Positions 1-8,563 of a stretch of DNA of 64,000 nucleotides are shown here, piece after piece. Where the stretch lies: the IMG/VR virus record IMGVR_UViG_3300025129_000005, one strand, 5' to 3'. This DNA is from a virus. Lineage: Duplodnaviria > Caudoviricetes. Below the pieces are notes generated by a model. The model was not told where the DNA came from, ran no database searches, and worked only from the letters and a program-made list of their open reading frames with translations. Position 1 is the stretch's first letter. The number at the start of each line of letters is the position of its first letter. Made by a program: the position numbers and the translations under genes.

Positions 1-1415
1 GTGTCAACAATCGGTGTTGTTATTAAAGTTTCATCCGCTGATAATATAGTGTGATCTGTTGTCCCATCCTGTATCAGAATTCCGTAATATTTTTTTATTT
101 TTGACAAATCGATATAATTCATATCTTCTGATAATAATGTCAAACCTTCGCCACCATCATAAACTTGAATTGATGTAATAACATCAACATCAGATTCATA
201 CAAAGGTGCGACCCCTATACCGGATGAAATAAAAGATCCAATATCTTGATAGGCATATACATAAGAAGAGGGCGATATATCTCTTCCCTGAAAATACAAA
301 GATTCTGTAATATAACCATCCAAAGGCATAACATCATCAACGGGACCATAAAAATCCTCACACCCCATAATTCTAGCGTCATAGTTTTGGTTATTTACAA
401 TTCTTCCGTTGAGATTTGTACAGTTAATAAGTTTACAATTTTTCGATACAATAATATCACCTTTATCAAAAACACAATCAACAAAGACATTATTACTATA
501 CATATACCCAATATCAAAATAACATCCAATTGCATAGAGTTTGGCAATATAAACTCCATTTAAACTCATAAAATTACAATTAATGGCTTGGCTACCAGCA
601 CCTTTTCCTGTTGTGGCAAATTCATTAAAATCCCCTCCATAAAAATCAAAAGTATCAAGATTATATGACATTGACACATAATAATTCCATTGATTTAACG
701 TAATACTACTTGATCTGTGAGAAAAAAATTCAACATTCTGGTTTATTATCTCTTGACCATCAACAGTCATCGCGAAATTCTTAAATTCTATACGACAATT
801 CTTTGAAACTCTCCAACCAATTTCTTCAACAAAATCAATAACATCGTTATGGTCTTCTATGGTCAAGAATGTACCAGACTCATCAATGGATTGTATTCTA
901 AAATATACTATTCCTTCACCAAGTTCTATGTAATCACCCACTTCAATGCGATAAGGTGTAAGTGAAGTTAAACCATCAGATGCAAGAGTATTCCAATTAA
1001 AATTATCAGCATAAACTCTATCGCCACCTAAACTACAGGAAATAGTCTTATAACCCGATTGTATAATTGTAGGAGGATTAACAGAATAATCATAGTAGTT
1101 TTGATAATCCTTATCATAATAAATTTTCATATTATGAAAAGTAGCGCCGTCATTAATAATAACTTTCGTTGTACTTCTACTCACACCATGGATACGTAAT
1201 ACGTCATCTGGTCTGTTATTCATATCCCTAAGTATATCTCTGGTTAACACGTGATTACCTTCTCGCAGAAAAATATTCCAGTCACCGGCATCATATGCAT
1301 CGTTGATTGAAGTGTAATCCCCTTTACCAGATAAATCAACAACCTTCCATTCCCCTGTCATTGGGTGAAGTGTTGTTTTTTTGTCTTTTATATAAAAATC
1401 ATTTAATTCTGACAT
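1..1415 (-). CDS. Third paralog of the tandem fibre/tailspike-like family, truncated by the window edge (absent from the ORF track)
   Basis: ATG at 1415 after an AAGGAG RBS. I translated both ends by hand: N-term MSELNDFYIKDKKTTLHPMTGEWKVVDLSGKGDYTSINDAYDAG, and YYGILIQDGTTDHTIL near the window start; both align with the two neighbouring paralogs. The middle was not checked codon by codon. Confidence 0.85.
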   Translation of the reverse strand, partial: MSELNDFYIKDKKTTLHPMTGEWKVVDLSGKGDYTSINDAYDAGDWNIFLREGNHVLTRDILRDMNNRPDDVLRIHGVSRSTTKVIINDGATFHNMKIYYDKDYQNYYDYSVNPPTIIQSGYKTISCSLGGDRVYADNFNWNTLASDGLTSLTPYRIEVGDYIELGEGIVYFRIQSIDESGTFLTIEDHNDVIDFVEEIGWRVSKNCRIEFKNFAMTVDGQEIINQNVEFFSHRSSSITLNQWNYYVSMSYNLDTFDFYGGDFNEFATTGKGAGSQAINCNFMSLNGVYIAKLYAIGCYFDIGYMYSNNVFVDCVFDKGDIIVSKNCKLINCTNLNGRIVNNQNYDARIMGCEDFYGPVDDVMPLDGYITESLYFQGRDISPSSYVYAYQDIGSFISSGIGVAPLYESDVDVITSIQVYDGGEGLTLLSEDMNYIDLSKIKKYYGILIQDGTTDHTILSADETLITTPIVD

Positions 1416-1435
1416 TATTATCTCCTTGAAAATAA

Positions 1436-3097
1436 TTAATAATAATCTATCCTTGGTATATGGAGAGGTTTTGGTTGAACTTGGACATAATAAACGTTAC
1501 CGAATCTATTCACCGAACCACCATCGTATACATAGGGAAAATATAGAGAAGATCCTTTTAACACACCATCATAGATAAAAGGTTCTAATATTGACCACGA
1601 ATCTTTTAACCTTATATTATAATAATCTATAGACTCAATTAAAAATGTTTCACTAACAGCGCCCTCATATTGACCTTGATACAACATACCTATATTATCA
1701 CTTTGTGTTATATTATTATTATGTAAAATGTTACCCTGATCAGATGTTAGAATAGTGTCATCCGTAAGACCATCACGGGTTAATATTCCATAATACCGTT
1801 TCATCCCAGAGAAATCAAATCCCTTTATATCATGATATGGTTGTATTGTTCCACTATTATACACATCGATAGCTGTTATAAGATCATGAGTAGCTTCATA
1901 TGCTCCGGTATTCGAGATAAACTGCCCTGCTTTATAAAAGCGATCTTTAGTTGAAACGATAGTTCTTCCTGAAAAAGTTAAAGTTTCGGTAAGTCTACCA
2001 TTTCTGGGAATAATACTATCAATTTTACCATCAACATCCAAACATCCAACGAATCTGACCTTATTATCATAATTATACAATTTACACTTTATACCTCTAC
2101 ACCCAATTAAGGATAAGTTTGTACCATCATCAATAAAAAAATTTTCATCAAAGATGCAATTAATAAAAGTTGAATTTCCATAACATACGATATCTTCAAA
2201 ATAACAATCAAAGAATTTACCTCTTGATATATAAGGGGATAGATCCTCAGAAAGAGTATTGAAATTTCTGATAGTACTACCAGAACCCATACCATCATAA
2301 CAAAAGTTGATAGAACCACCCGTGAGAGGCAAATAACCACCTGTGACATCAACATTATCTATTTTATATGCAACGGGACATGATACATTCCAGTCGTTAC
2401 TTCTGTTATCATGATTGATAAAATCTCGTCTACCAGAATCATAGGTATCAATTAATTCTGGATGATCCGCATATAAGTGGATGTTAGAAAGTTCTAGTTT
2501 GAATTCTTTGGTTATAAAGAAATAGTCATAATTGATGATATCTTCGCAGTCATTATGACCATCAATTACAAGGTAACTACCATCAGCGGATATCTCCCTT
2601 ATCCTGAAATATTGTGAATAAGTGAGTGATATATAACTTCCGACTTGTATACAAGGTCTTGTTTCTGATAACAAAATCCAATCAAAATTGTTTGCATAAA
2701 CTTTGTTATCACCAAGTGAACAAGATATAAATCTTTCTTTTATTGCGCCACTTGGTGGGTTTGTGTTATAATCATAACCGTTATCAAAATCTTCCGTAAA
2801 ATAAGGAATTATATTATACATAATATTACCATTAGTATATATCAACTTTGTCGTTGATTTACTCTCACCATGTATTCTAAGGGGTATATCACCTTGAACT
2901 GACAAGTCATAACGCATACTATCTGTCATGACATGATCACCTGTGGTTAAAAATAAGTTATAATGACCATCATTAAATGCATCTGTAACCGACACATAAT
3001 CACCGTCACCATTCACATCAACAATCGTCCAATCACCATACATTGGATGAAGTGTTGTTTTTTTATATTTTGTATATAAGTTATTTAATTGTGTCAT
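1436..3097 (-). CDS. Putative virion fibre/tailspike-like protein (paralog 2)
   Basis: 553 aa. The GDGDYVSVTDAFNDG motif resembles the start of beta-helix proteins, and later Cys/Asn-spaced repeats (FFDCYF, FINCIF, LIGCRG) fit a beta-helix. Paralogous to both neighbours. Function inferred. Confidence 0.6.
   Translation of the reverse strand: MTQLNNLYTKYKKTTLHPMYGDWTIVDVNGDGDYVSVTDAFNDGHYNLFLTTGDHVMTDSMRYDLSVQGDIPLRIHGESKSTTKLIYTNGNIMYNIIPYFTEDFDNGYDYNTNPPSGAIKERFISCSLGDNKVYANNFDWILLSETRPCIQVGSYISLTYSQYFRIREISADGSYLVIDGHNDCEDIINYDYFFITKEFKLELSNIHLYADHPELIDTYDSGRRDFINHDNRSNDWNVSCPVAYKIDNVDVTGGYLPLTGGSINFCYDGMGSGSTIRNFNTLSEDLSPYISRGKFFDCYFEDIVCYGNSTFINCIFDENFFIDDGTNLSLIGCRGIKCKLYNYDNKVRFVGCLDVDGKIDSIIPRNGRLTETLTFSGRTIVSTKDRFYKAGQFISNTGAYEATHDLITAIDVYNSGTIQPYHDIKGFDFSGMKRYYGILTRDGLTDDTILTSDQGNILHNNNITQSDNIGMLYQGQYEGAVSETFLIESIDYYNIRLKDSWSILEPFIYDGVLKGSSLYFPYVYDGGSVNRFGNVYYVQVQPKPLHIPRIDYY
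2966..3089. repeat. 124-bp exact direct repeat, copy 1
   Basis: Identical to 4680..4803 by direct comparison. Confidence 0.95.
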
Positions 3098-3128
3098 TAC
3101 GTTCTCCTACTTTCATGTGAATGATTGA

Positions 3129-4811
3129 TCATAAACTTAACCAAAACCTTGAAATATTGTCTCTTATCTGAGCTTGAACATAAAAGGTATAATATGGATT
3201 ATATACAGGGTTATACACATAAGGGAAGTATATAGATCTATTATTAATAAATTTACCCTCATATAAATAGGGGCTTAATATTGTCCATGAATTATTTAAC
3301 CTCATTTCTTGGTTAGGATCTAAATCACTAGTGTCAATAATAAATGATGTAGTTGTTTGTCCAGATGAAACAAGCCACACAGATAAATTATCGGATAACA
3401 ATACTTCATTATTAAAAAGAACATTATCAGTACCAAAATTAAAAATGGTATGGTCAGTAACACCATCTTGAGTGAATGTACCATAATAACGTTTTATTTT
3501 ACTGAAATCTAATTGATTATATTGATATTCATATCTAACACCTGTTGGTGTATATATTACTTCAACAGAAGTTATCATATCTTCATTACTTTCGTATGCA
3601 CGGTATAGGGATTTGAAATTATCAACAAAAACAAATTTATCTGCGACAGTCGCACCATTGGTACCAGTAAAAACAAGCAATTCAGTTTTCCTGCCCTGTG
3701 AGGGCATTACATCTTCAACATCACCGTTCACATCTCTACATCCTATTACTCTAGACGTGGAAGTAATATTAAGTATTCTGCTGTTAAGTAAACTACAACC
3801 TATAAGTGTACACCTATCAGACATATACAAATCATCACTGTCATCTATAACACAGTTTATTAGTGTAGAGTTATTATAAAGCTCAATTTCATCAAAATAA
3901 CAGTTTGTTGCTGACAACCCCGGTAGATATAATCGCCCTTTTGATAATGTATTAAAATTATTGACAGTTGAAATGCTCCCAACTCCATCATAAGAAAACC
4001 TGATAACGTCCCCGTTACCCGTATTGCCACCATAAAAATCAACGCATTTAATATCACATGATATTCCTGCTCCTACACACCAACTATTCGTTGCAATACC
4101 ATTTAAACTCCCACTCGGGAATATAATAAATTCGGTATTGTATTCCTCAAACGTATCAATTACTGACGCATCAGCAAATATAGTAATATTTTCAAGATTT
4201 AGTTTGATCTCTTTGGATATAATCCAATAAGTTTGATTAATAAAATCACCTGAAATATTATGCCTGTTTAGTACAATAAATGCACCAGCAGGATCAATTG
4301 AAATTATTTCATAAAACTCATTATTATTCAATACTATACAATCACCGACATTAATACTATATTTTGAGGGATAAGCTGTTGCCAGAGTATTCCAATTAAA
4401 ATTATCCGCGTAAACTTTATCAGAACCATTTATAACTGTTATACTATTTACCGATTCATAATAATCCGGCGTTTCCAATGAGTAATCATAATTTGAAGTA
4501 TATCCGGTTTGTGTATAAGGTACAAGTTGATGCATAACATTTGCAGTATTCAATATAAGTCTTGTTGTCGCTTTAGTTACTCCATGAATTCGTAATGGAA
4601 TGTTACCCATAGTATCAAGGTCGTAATATATACTTTCAGTTAAATAATGATCACCTTCTTGTAGAAATAAATCATATTTACCATCATTAAATGCATCTGT
4701 AACCGACACATAATCACCGTCACCATTCACATCAACAATCGTCCAATCACCATACATTGGATGAAGTGTTGTTTTTTTATATTTTGTATATAAGTTATTT
4801 AATCGGGCCAT
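3129..4811 (-). CDS. Putative virion fibre/tailspike-like protein (paralog 1)
   Basis: 560 aa; N-terminal ~41 aa identical to paralog 2; preceded by a GGAGG RBS and a CATAAATA late-type box. Confidence 0.6.
   Translation of the reverse strand: MARLNNLYTKYKKTTLHPMYGDWTIVDVNGDGDYVSVTDAFNDGKYDLFLQEGDHYLTESIYYDLDTMGNIPLRIHGVTKATTRLILNTANVMHQLVPYTQTGYTSNYDYSLETPDYYESVNSITVINGSDKVYADNFNWNTLATAYPSKYSINVGDCIVLNNNEFYEIISIDPAGAFIVLNRHNISGDFINQTYWIISKEIKLNLENITIFADASVIDTFEEYNTEFIIFPSGSLNGIATNSWCVGAGISCDIKCVDFYGGNTGNGDVIRFSYDGVGSISTVNNFNTLSKGRLYLPGLSATNCYFDEIELYNNSTLINCVIDDSDDLYMSDRCTLIGCSLLNSRILNITSTSRVIGCRDVNGDVEDVMPSQGRKTELLVFTGTNGATVADKFVFVDNFKSLYRAYESNEDMITSVEVIYTPTGVRYEYQYNQLDFSKIKRYYGTFTQDGVTDHTIFNFGTDNVLFNNEVLLSDNLSVWLVSSGQTTTSFIIDTSDLDPNQEMRLNNSWTILSPYLYEGKFINNRSIYFPYVYNPVYNPYYTFYVQAQIRDNISRFWLSL
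4680..4803. repeat. 124-bp exact direct repeat, copy 2
   Basis: Identical to 2966..3089. Confidence 0.95.
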
Positions 4812-4853
4812 ACAAGTGCGCCTCCTGTAATATAAAGAACTATGTCTTATGTA

Positions 4854-4861
4854 TATTTATG
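4854..4861 (-). promoter_or_regulatory. T4 late-promoter-like box CATAAATA
   Basis: One mismatch to TATAAATA, upstream of 4811. Confidence 0.5.
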
Positions 4862-4881
4862 AAAAAAAATAAATACACAAA

Positions 4882-4908
4882 AACCCTGACCAGTAAATGA
4901 TCAGGGTT
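4882..4908 (-). terminator. Intrinsic terminator
   Basis: AACCCTGA/TCAGGGTT stem followed by a T-run on the minus strand, downstream of NADAR. Confidence 0.6.
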
Positions 4909-4936
4909 ATAAAACGGAAGGGTGACGATATTATTA

Positions 4937-5440
4937 TTATTTGATGTAATGGGATCGTATTCTTTCTCGTATCAACATCAAAATTTTACCAAGAAAATTA
5001 TTTTTGGTATAACCGATACAATTAACACAGTAACAATGACCCCAATAGCAGTCATGCCACCAGTTACCTTCGATCAGTCTATCATCACCTGTATTCAATA
5101 ATTTTTCGCGTAATATCTTATCACTGAATTTCTCGACAATAATATCATACATAACAGAAACTTTTATTTTGTCCCAATCGTCACGCTTTTTTATTTTCTG
5201 ACCAAGCTTCTTTGATTCTTTGGGACTCAATTTAACAAATTCTTGGTGTAATTTTATATCCAAAGACTTATGTGCTTGATATGCGGTCTCAGATGAAGAA
5301 TATGTTAACCCTTTATAAGTCACCGGATTTTCATAAAAATTACTTAACCAATTGTATTCATTATGAAATTGTTTAACCGAATTCACAAAATTAACACCCC
5401 CTGAAAGGGTCTGTCCCGGTAAACCACTCCTTTTGATCAA
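4937..5440 (-). CDS. NADAR (YbiA-like) family hydrolase; true start probably GTG at 5386
   Basis: Motifs WLSNFY, SSETAYQAHK, KF..LREKLLNTG..LIEGN.WHD.YWG and NFLGKILMLIR are characteristic of NADAR. Confidence 0.9.
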   Translation of the reverse strand: MIKRSGLPGQTLSGGVNFVNSVKQFHNEYNWLSNFYENPVTYKGLTYSSSETAYQAHKSLDIKLHQEFVKLSPKESKKLGQKIKKRDDWDKIKVSVMYDIIVEKFSDKILREKLLNTGDDRLIEGNWWHDCYWGHCYCVNCIGYTKNNFLGKILMLIRERIRSHYIK

Positions 5441-5591
5441 TCATTGACTCAACGACAGCCATAGAAACATTGTTATAATTATATTCTCTACCATCACGTG
5501 AATTAAAGGTTACTCCGAATAGACCATTGTTAAGATCTTCAACAATACACCCTATGAACTTTTCTGAATAAAAGAAATCTCCAACTTTCAT
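5391..5591 (-). CDS. Hypothetical protein
   Basis: 66 aa, packed head-to-tail in the minus-strand operon. Confidence 0.6.
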   Translation of the reverse strand: MKVGDFFYSEKFIGCIVEDLNNGLFGVTFNSRDGREYNYNNVSMAVVESMIDQKEWFTGTDPFRGC

Positions 5592-5836
5592 GAAAACCCC
5601 CGTCTCCCACCTCGACTTTGATTTGTTTCGAATCGCTTGTCTTGTAACTCAAACCTCAATCGTTCATTTTCTTCTAGTAGAAATAAGTTATCTTCCTGCA
5701 GATCATCAACGATATCGATGCATTTTTCAACAATCATAGTCATATTTATAACTTTTTTATCAGTCGTGGTAGAACGAATGGATTCCATTAGTTCTGAAAT
5801 TTTGTTGATTGTTTTCTTATTCATTTTCAGATTCAT
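5588..5836 (-). CDS. Hypothetical coiled-coil protein
   Basis: 82 aa, overlaps the next gene by 4 nt. Confidence 0.6.
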   Translation of the reverse strand: MNLKMNKKTINKISELMESIRSTTTDKKVINMTMIVEKCIDIVDDLQEDNLFLLEENERLRFELQDKRFETNQSRGGRRGFS

Positions 5837-5935
5837 TGAGTGATACCTATATTAAAAATTTCAACTTTTTCATTTACCCGTTTATAATCAGAACCTCGTG
5901 ATTTTTGTTAACATCATTAAACTCAATAATTATTT

Positions 5936-6136
5936 TTAACCTTTTGTGGCAGGGATATTACCATCCATGTCCAGATTTTCGTAAGGATCAAGTCTACCCT
6001 CACATACAGGACAACTCCACTCATCAAACGATTCCTTATTTACAAAAAATGCATGCTGTGTATGTTCACATTTATCACATTTTTTGGGTATCATAACCAG
6101 TATAATTTTTTTAGGATCAATTGTTCTGTTAGTCAT
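5936..6136 (-). CDS. Small zinc-ribbon protein
   Basis: CDKC...CPVC motif pair. Confidence 0.65.
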   Translation of the reverse strand: MTNRTIDPKKIILVMIPKKCDKCEHTQHAFFVNKESFDEWSCPVCEGRLDPYENLDMDGNIPATKG

Positions 6137-6428
6137 GATTAAATTTATCTACTACCAGCATAATACCGTAAACAATTAACAATACGACAACAAACAGAAG
6201 GATAATTGATAGCAATACTAACAATGATCCAAGGACTACCGACAACGGAATCCATATAGGTGCTAATACAATAACCCAGCTAATGTCTGCTATACCGGTA
6301 ATTTTAATGATAGCCAAAATAAATAACATAATCCATAAAATATTTCCACTATAAAGTTCTGTAGAATTTTCTACAGTCTCATCCGGTTCAACAGTTTCAC
6401 TTGTTTTAACTTCATATTTAAATGACAT
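6129..6428 (-). CDS. Membrane protein (2-3 TM)
   Basis: Long hydrophobic stretches; AAGGA RBS. Confidence 0.7.
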   Translation of the reverse strand: MSFKYEVKTSETVEPDETVENSTELYSGNILWIMLFILAIIKITGIADISWVIVLAPIWIPLSVVLGSLLVLLSIILLFVVVLLIVYGIMLVVDKFNHD

Positions 6429-6596
6429 AATAATTCCTTTTTAATTTAAAATCCATTGGTGTTTCTTTTTAAAAGAACATCGGAAGATACGGAATGTATT
6501 GGTAGTAATAAGAAAAATAAAACACAATGTCAGCGGCACAATTGTATAGAGCGTTCTTCATTATAAATCTCCTTATGTTAGATTTGTTTGGTATTT

Positions 6597-6899
6597 TTAC
6601 CGAAGGTAGGCTGGACCGTAAGGACCCATAGTCGCAAGACCATTCTTCTCATCAAAAATGTTTCCCCTTGAATGTTTCGCGGGTTTCGACCAGCCCGCTG
6701 GCTTAAGAACATTACCGTTGGTCATATCAACAAAAGAATGAACACTCGAACCATTGATAACTTTGACGTACCTGTGACCAACTTTATAATCAAAGACACT
6801 CTTTTCGTGGATGAAACCGTTATTTTCCCAATATTGATCAAAAATATCTTTACATCCTTGGAGATACAGATCAAAAGACTTTTTAAATTCGGGGGTCAT
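6597..6899 (-). CDS. Conserved phage hypothetical protein (probably early)
   Basis: RYVKV..SVHSFVD..G.VLKPAGW.KPAKH.RGNIFD motif, which I recognise from large myoviruses; has its own sigma70-type promoter. Confidence 0.7.
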   Translation of the reverse strand: MTPEFKKSFDLYLQGCKDIFDQYWENNGFIHEKSVFDYKVGHRYVKVINGSSVHSFVDMTNGNVLKPAGWSKPAKHSRGNIFDEKNGLATMGPYGPAYLR

Positions 6900-6942
6900 C
6901 TTTTTTTTCCTTTCTCAAGGGGTTTTCGTCACCAACAAATAT

Positions 6943-6971
6943 ATAATACATCTATATTTCACGGTTGTCAA
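6943..6971 (-). promoter_or_regulatory. Sigma70-type promoter TTGACA-17-TATTAT
   Basis: -35 at 6966-6971, -10 at 6943-6948, 17-nt spacer. Confidence 0.75.
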
Positions 6972-7249
6972 CAAATACCTAGTCGTGATAGATAAGAATC
7001 ATGAATCTCGTCACCACAAGAACCGACATCAGAGAGTTTAGTGATAATTAATTTTTCCCCATTAGGCTGACCCACATTCATACTAAGTTTATTTAATTTT
7101 GATTTACAAATGGTACATGTTACGCGATCAGTGACTTTTGTGAACCGATATCTAGGCGTCATCTCACGGTTACATAAAGTTTTGATTGATGTATGCTCGT
7201 CATACGTCCGTGGATCTATTTCTGAATAATGAACAACTCGTCTATCCAT
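6968..7249 (-). CDS. Hypothetical protein with putative Zn-binding motif
   Basis: H...TLC...CTICK; AAGGA RBS. Confidence 0.6.
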   Translation of the reverse strand: MDRRVVHYSEIDPRTYDEHTSIKTLCNREMTPRYRFTKVTDRVTCTICKSKLNKLSMNVGQPNGEKLIITKLSDVGSCGDEIHDSYLSRLGIC

Positions 7250-7279
7250 ACAAATATCCTTTCGTTTGAGTTACTAATA

Positions 7280-7308
7280 ACAGTATCATGGTATAAACAC
7301 AAAGTCAA
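7280..7308 (-). promoter_or_regulatory. Sigma70-type promoter TTGACT-17-TACTGT
   Basis: Minus member of a divergent pair upstream of 7249. Confidence 0.55.
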
Positions 7309-7322
7309 CACAAAAATAATCA

Positions 7323-7351
7323 TTGACTATAAAATTCATCAGGTGTATTAT
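7323..7351 (+). promoter_or_regulatory. Sigma70-type promoter TTGACT-17-TATTAT
   Basis: Plus member of the divergent pair, upstream of 7399. Confidence 0.7.
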
Positions 7352-7398
7352 GTGTATGTATCAAGGGCTTGCGTGACAAAACATAATAGGAGTTTTAG

Positions 7399-7698
7399 AT
7401 GAAAAATCCTTTAATCGCAAAGACAATAGCTGAGCAAATGGGTGGGTTTGGTTGTCTCAAATGTATGGTGGGTGCTTATAATTTCATCGATTGTGGCGCA
7501 GGAGTTTCGTTCCGATTCAAGGGTTCAAAAATTGCCAATTACATTAAAGTAACCCTCACCCCCCTTGATGAGTATGATGTTGAAATTGGTAAAGTTTTCG
7601 GTACTAAATACACCATTAAGAAAGAATGTAAGGGTATATATTTTGATCAACTTAAACCTGTATTTGAAAGCACCACAAAACTCTACCTCTCTCTTTAA
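7399..7698 (+). CDS. Conserved phage hypothetical protein
   Basis: 99 aa; AGGAG RBS; own promoter. Confidence 0.75.
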   Translation: MKNPLIAKTIAEQMGGFGCLKCMVGAYNFIDCGAGVSFRFKGSKIANYIKVTLTPLDEYDVEIGKVFGTKYTIKKECKGIYFDQLKPVFESTTKLYLSL

Positions 7699-7736
7699 AG
7701 TTCAGTTGTAATTATCCCTAACACAAGGAGTTTTTT

Positions 7737-7847
7737 ATGTTTGAAGTATTGATGGTTTTAATGTTCCTCATTCTCCCCTTAACTCATATCATCCCAGAGG
7801 AAGGTCTCGTTTTGGTCAAAGTAAAGACCACACCAAATAAAAATTAA
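7737..7847 (+). CDS. Small hydrophobic protein (36 aa, not in track)
   Basis: AAGGAG RBS then MFEVLMVLMFLILPLTHIIPEEGLVLVKVKTTPNKN*. Confidence 0.55.
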   Translation: MFEVLMVLMFLILPLTHIIPEEGLVLVKVKTTPNKN

Positions 7848-7854
7848 AGGGAGG

Positions 7855-7883
7855 TTGACATATACATTTTTTCATGTTAGACT
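7855..7883 (+). promoter_or_regulatory. Sigma70-type promoter TTGACA-17-TAGACT (extended -10)
   Basis: -35 at 7855-7860, TG motif, -10 at 7878-7883. Confidence 0.55.
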
Positions 7884-7918
7884 AAGGTTATCCACCAAAG
7901 GGAAATATAATTATATAT

Positions 7919-7954
7919 AAGGGTATATATGAATTTTAATTCATATATACCCTT
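7919..7954. repeat. 17-bp perfect inverted repeat with 2-nt spacer
   Basis: AAGGGTATATATGAATT-tt-AATTCATATATACCCTT. Confidence 0.95.
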
Positions 7955-8021
7955 TTTAGTATCATTAGTGCATTTTAGATAAATAAAAGAAACGATAAAA
8001 AAAAAACACAAAGGAGAAAAA

Positions 8022-8186
8022 ATGGAATTTGATATAAAAAAATTAACTGATAAAATAACTGATAAGATGATCACTTTTGGAAAAGATGCTCTTGATTGGT
8101 TGGATATTAAATCAGAAAAAATTCGTAGATCATATTTGATTATTGCAGTGGTAGTTTTGCTAGTTGCATTTGTTATTGCACTTTAA
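8022..8186 (+). CDS. Small C-terminally anchored membrane protein (54 aa, not in track)
   Basis: AAGGAG RBS; MEFDIKKLTDK...YLIIAVVVLLVAFVIAL*. Confidence 0.65.
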   Translation: MEFDIKKLTDKITDKMITFGKDALDWLDIKSEKIRRSYLIIAVVVLLVAFVIAL

Positions 8187-8194
8187 TTATTTAA

Positions 8195-8225
8195 TTGAGA
8201 GGGCTTCTTAAAAAAGCCTTCTCAA
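8195..8225. terminator. Probable bidirectional terminator
   Basis: TTGAGAGGGCTT/AAGCCTTCTCAA stem between convergent genes. Confidence 0.65.
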
Positions 8226-8232
8226 AGTTTTA

Positions 8233-8541
8233 TCAGTCATGACAAGATGTACATCCTTGATCCTCTTGTATTTTCATCTCTTCTGGCGTAAGGACTGTTA
8301 AAGGTCTTAATCTTCCGTCTGGCTCCATTGCGAACTTACTTTGATAATCCCCCCAATGGGTGTCGTTATACCCCCATGATTTCATTTTATCTTCATCAGT
8401 GAGATATGGGTTGGTCTGATCATTTATGATCCATCCATAGGTAGGTGATTTGGATATTTTTTCAAAAACACCTAAATGTTCCAATCCGATTATTAAGCAT
8501 ATAGCTAATAACATGTATATAGTGAATTTACCATATATCAT
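8233..8541 (-). CDS. Membrane-anchored/exported protein with C-terminal CxxCH motif
   Basis: N-terminal hydrophobic helix; ends GCTSCHD*. Confidence 0.6.
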   Translation of the reverse strand: MIYGKFTIYMLLAICLIIGLEHLGVFEKISKSPTYGWIINDQTNPYLTDEDKMKSWGYNDTHWGDYQSKFAMEPDGRLRPLTVLTPEEMKIQEDQGCTSCHD

Positions 8542-8563
8542 GATTCTTTCCCCGTAACATTTT

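Noticed and set aside
246-563. 105-aa plus-strand ORF
   Set aside because: Antisense to the real minus-strand paralog (<1..1415), which has an RBS and homology to its neighbours
1-4811. Diversity-generating retroelement targeting the paralogs
   Set aside because: The repeat pair is exact (no adenine-specific mismatches), lies at the N-terminus, and no reverse transcriptase is in the window
6427-6561. Small ORF behind an AAGGAG RBS
   Set aside because: The ATG frame gives 30 aa and another frame looks more protein-like but lacks a clear start; cannot be resolved by eye
7630-7640. Further TATATACCCTT match (minus strand)
   Set aside because: Inside a coding region and lacks the second half-site at +37; probably chance
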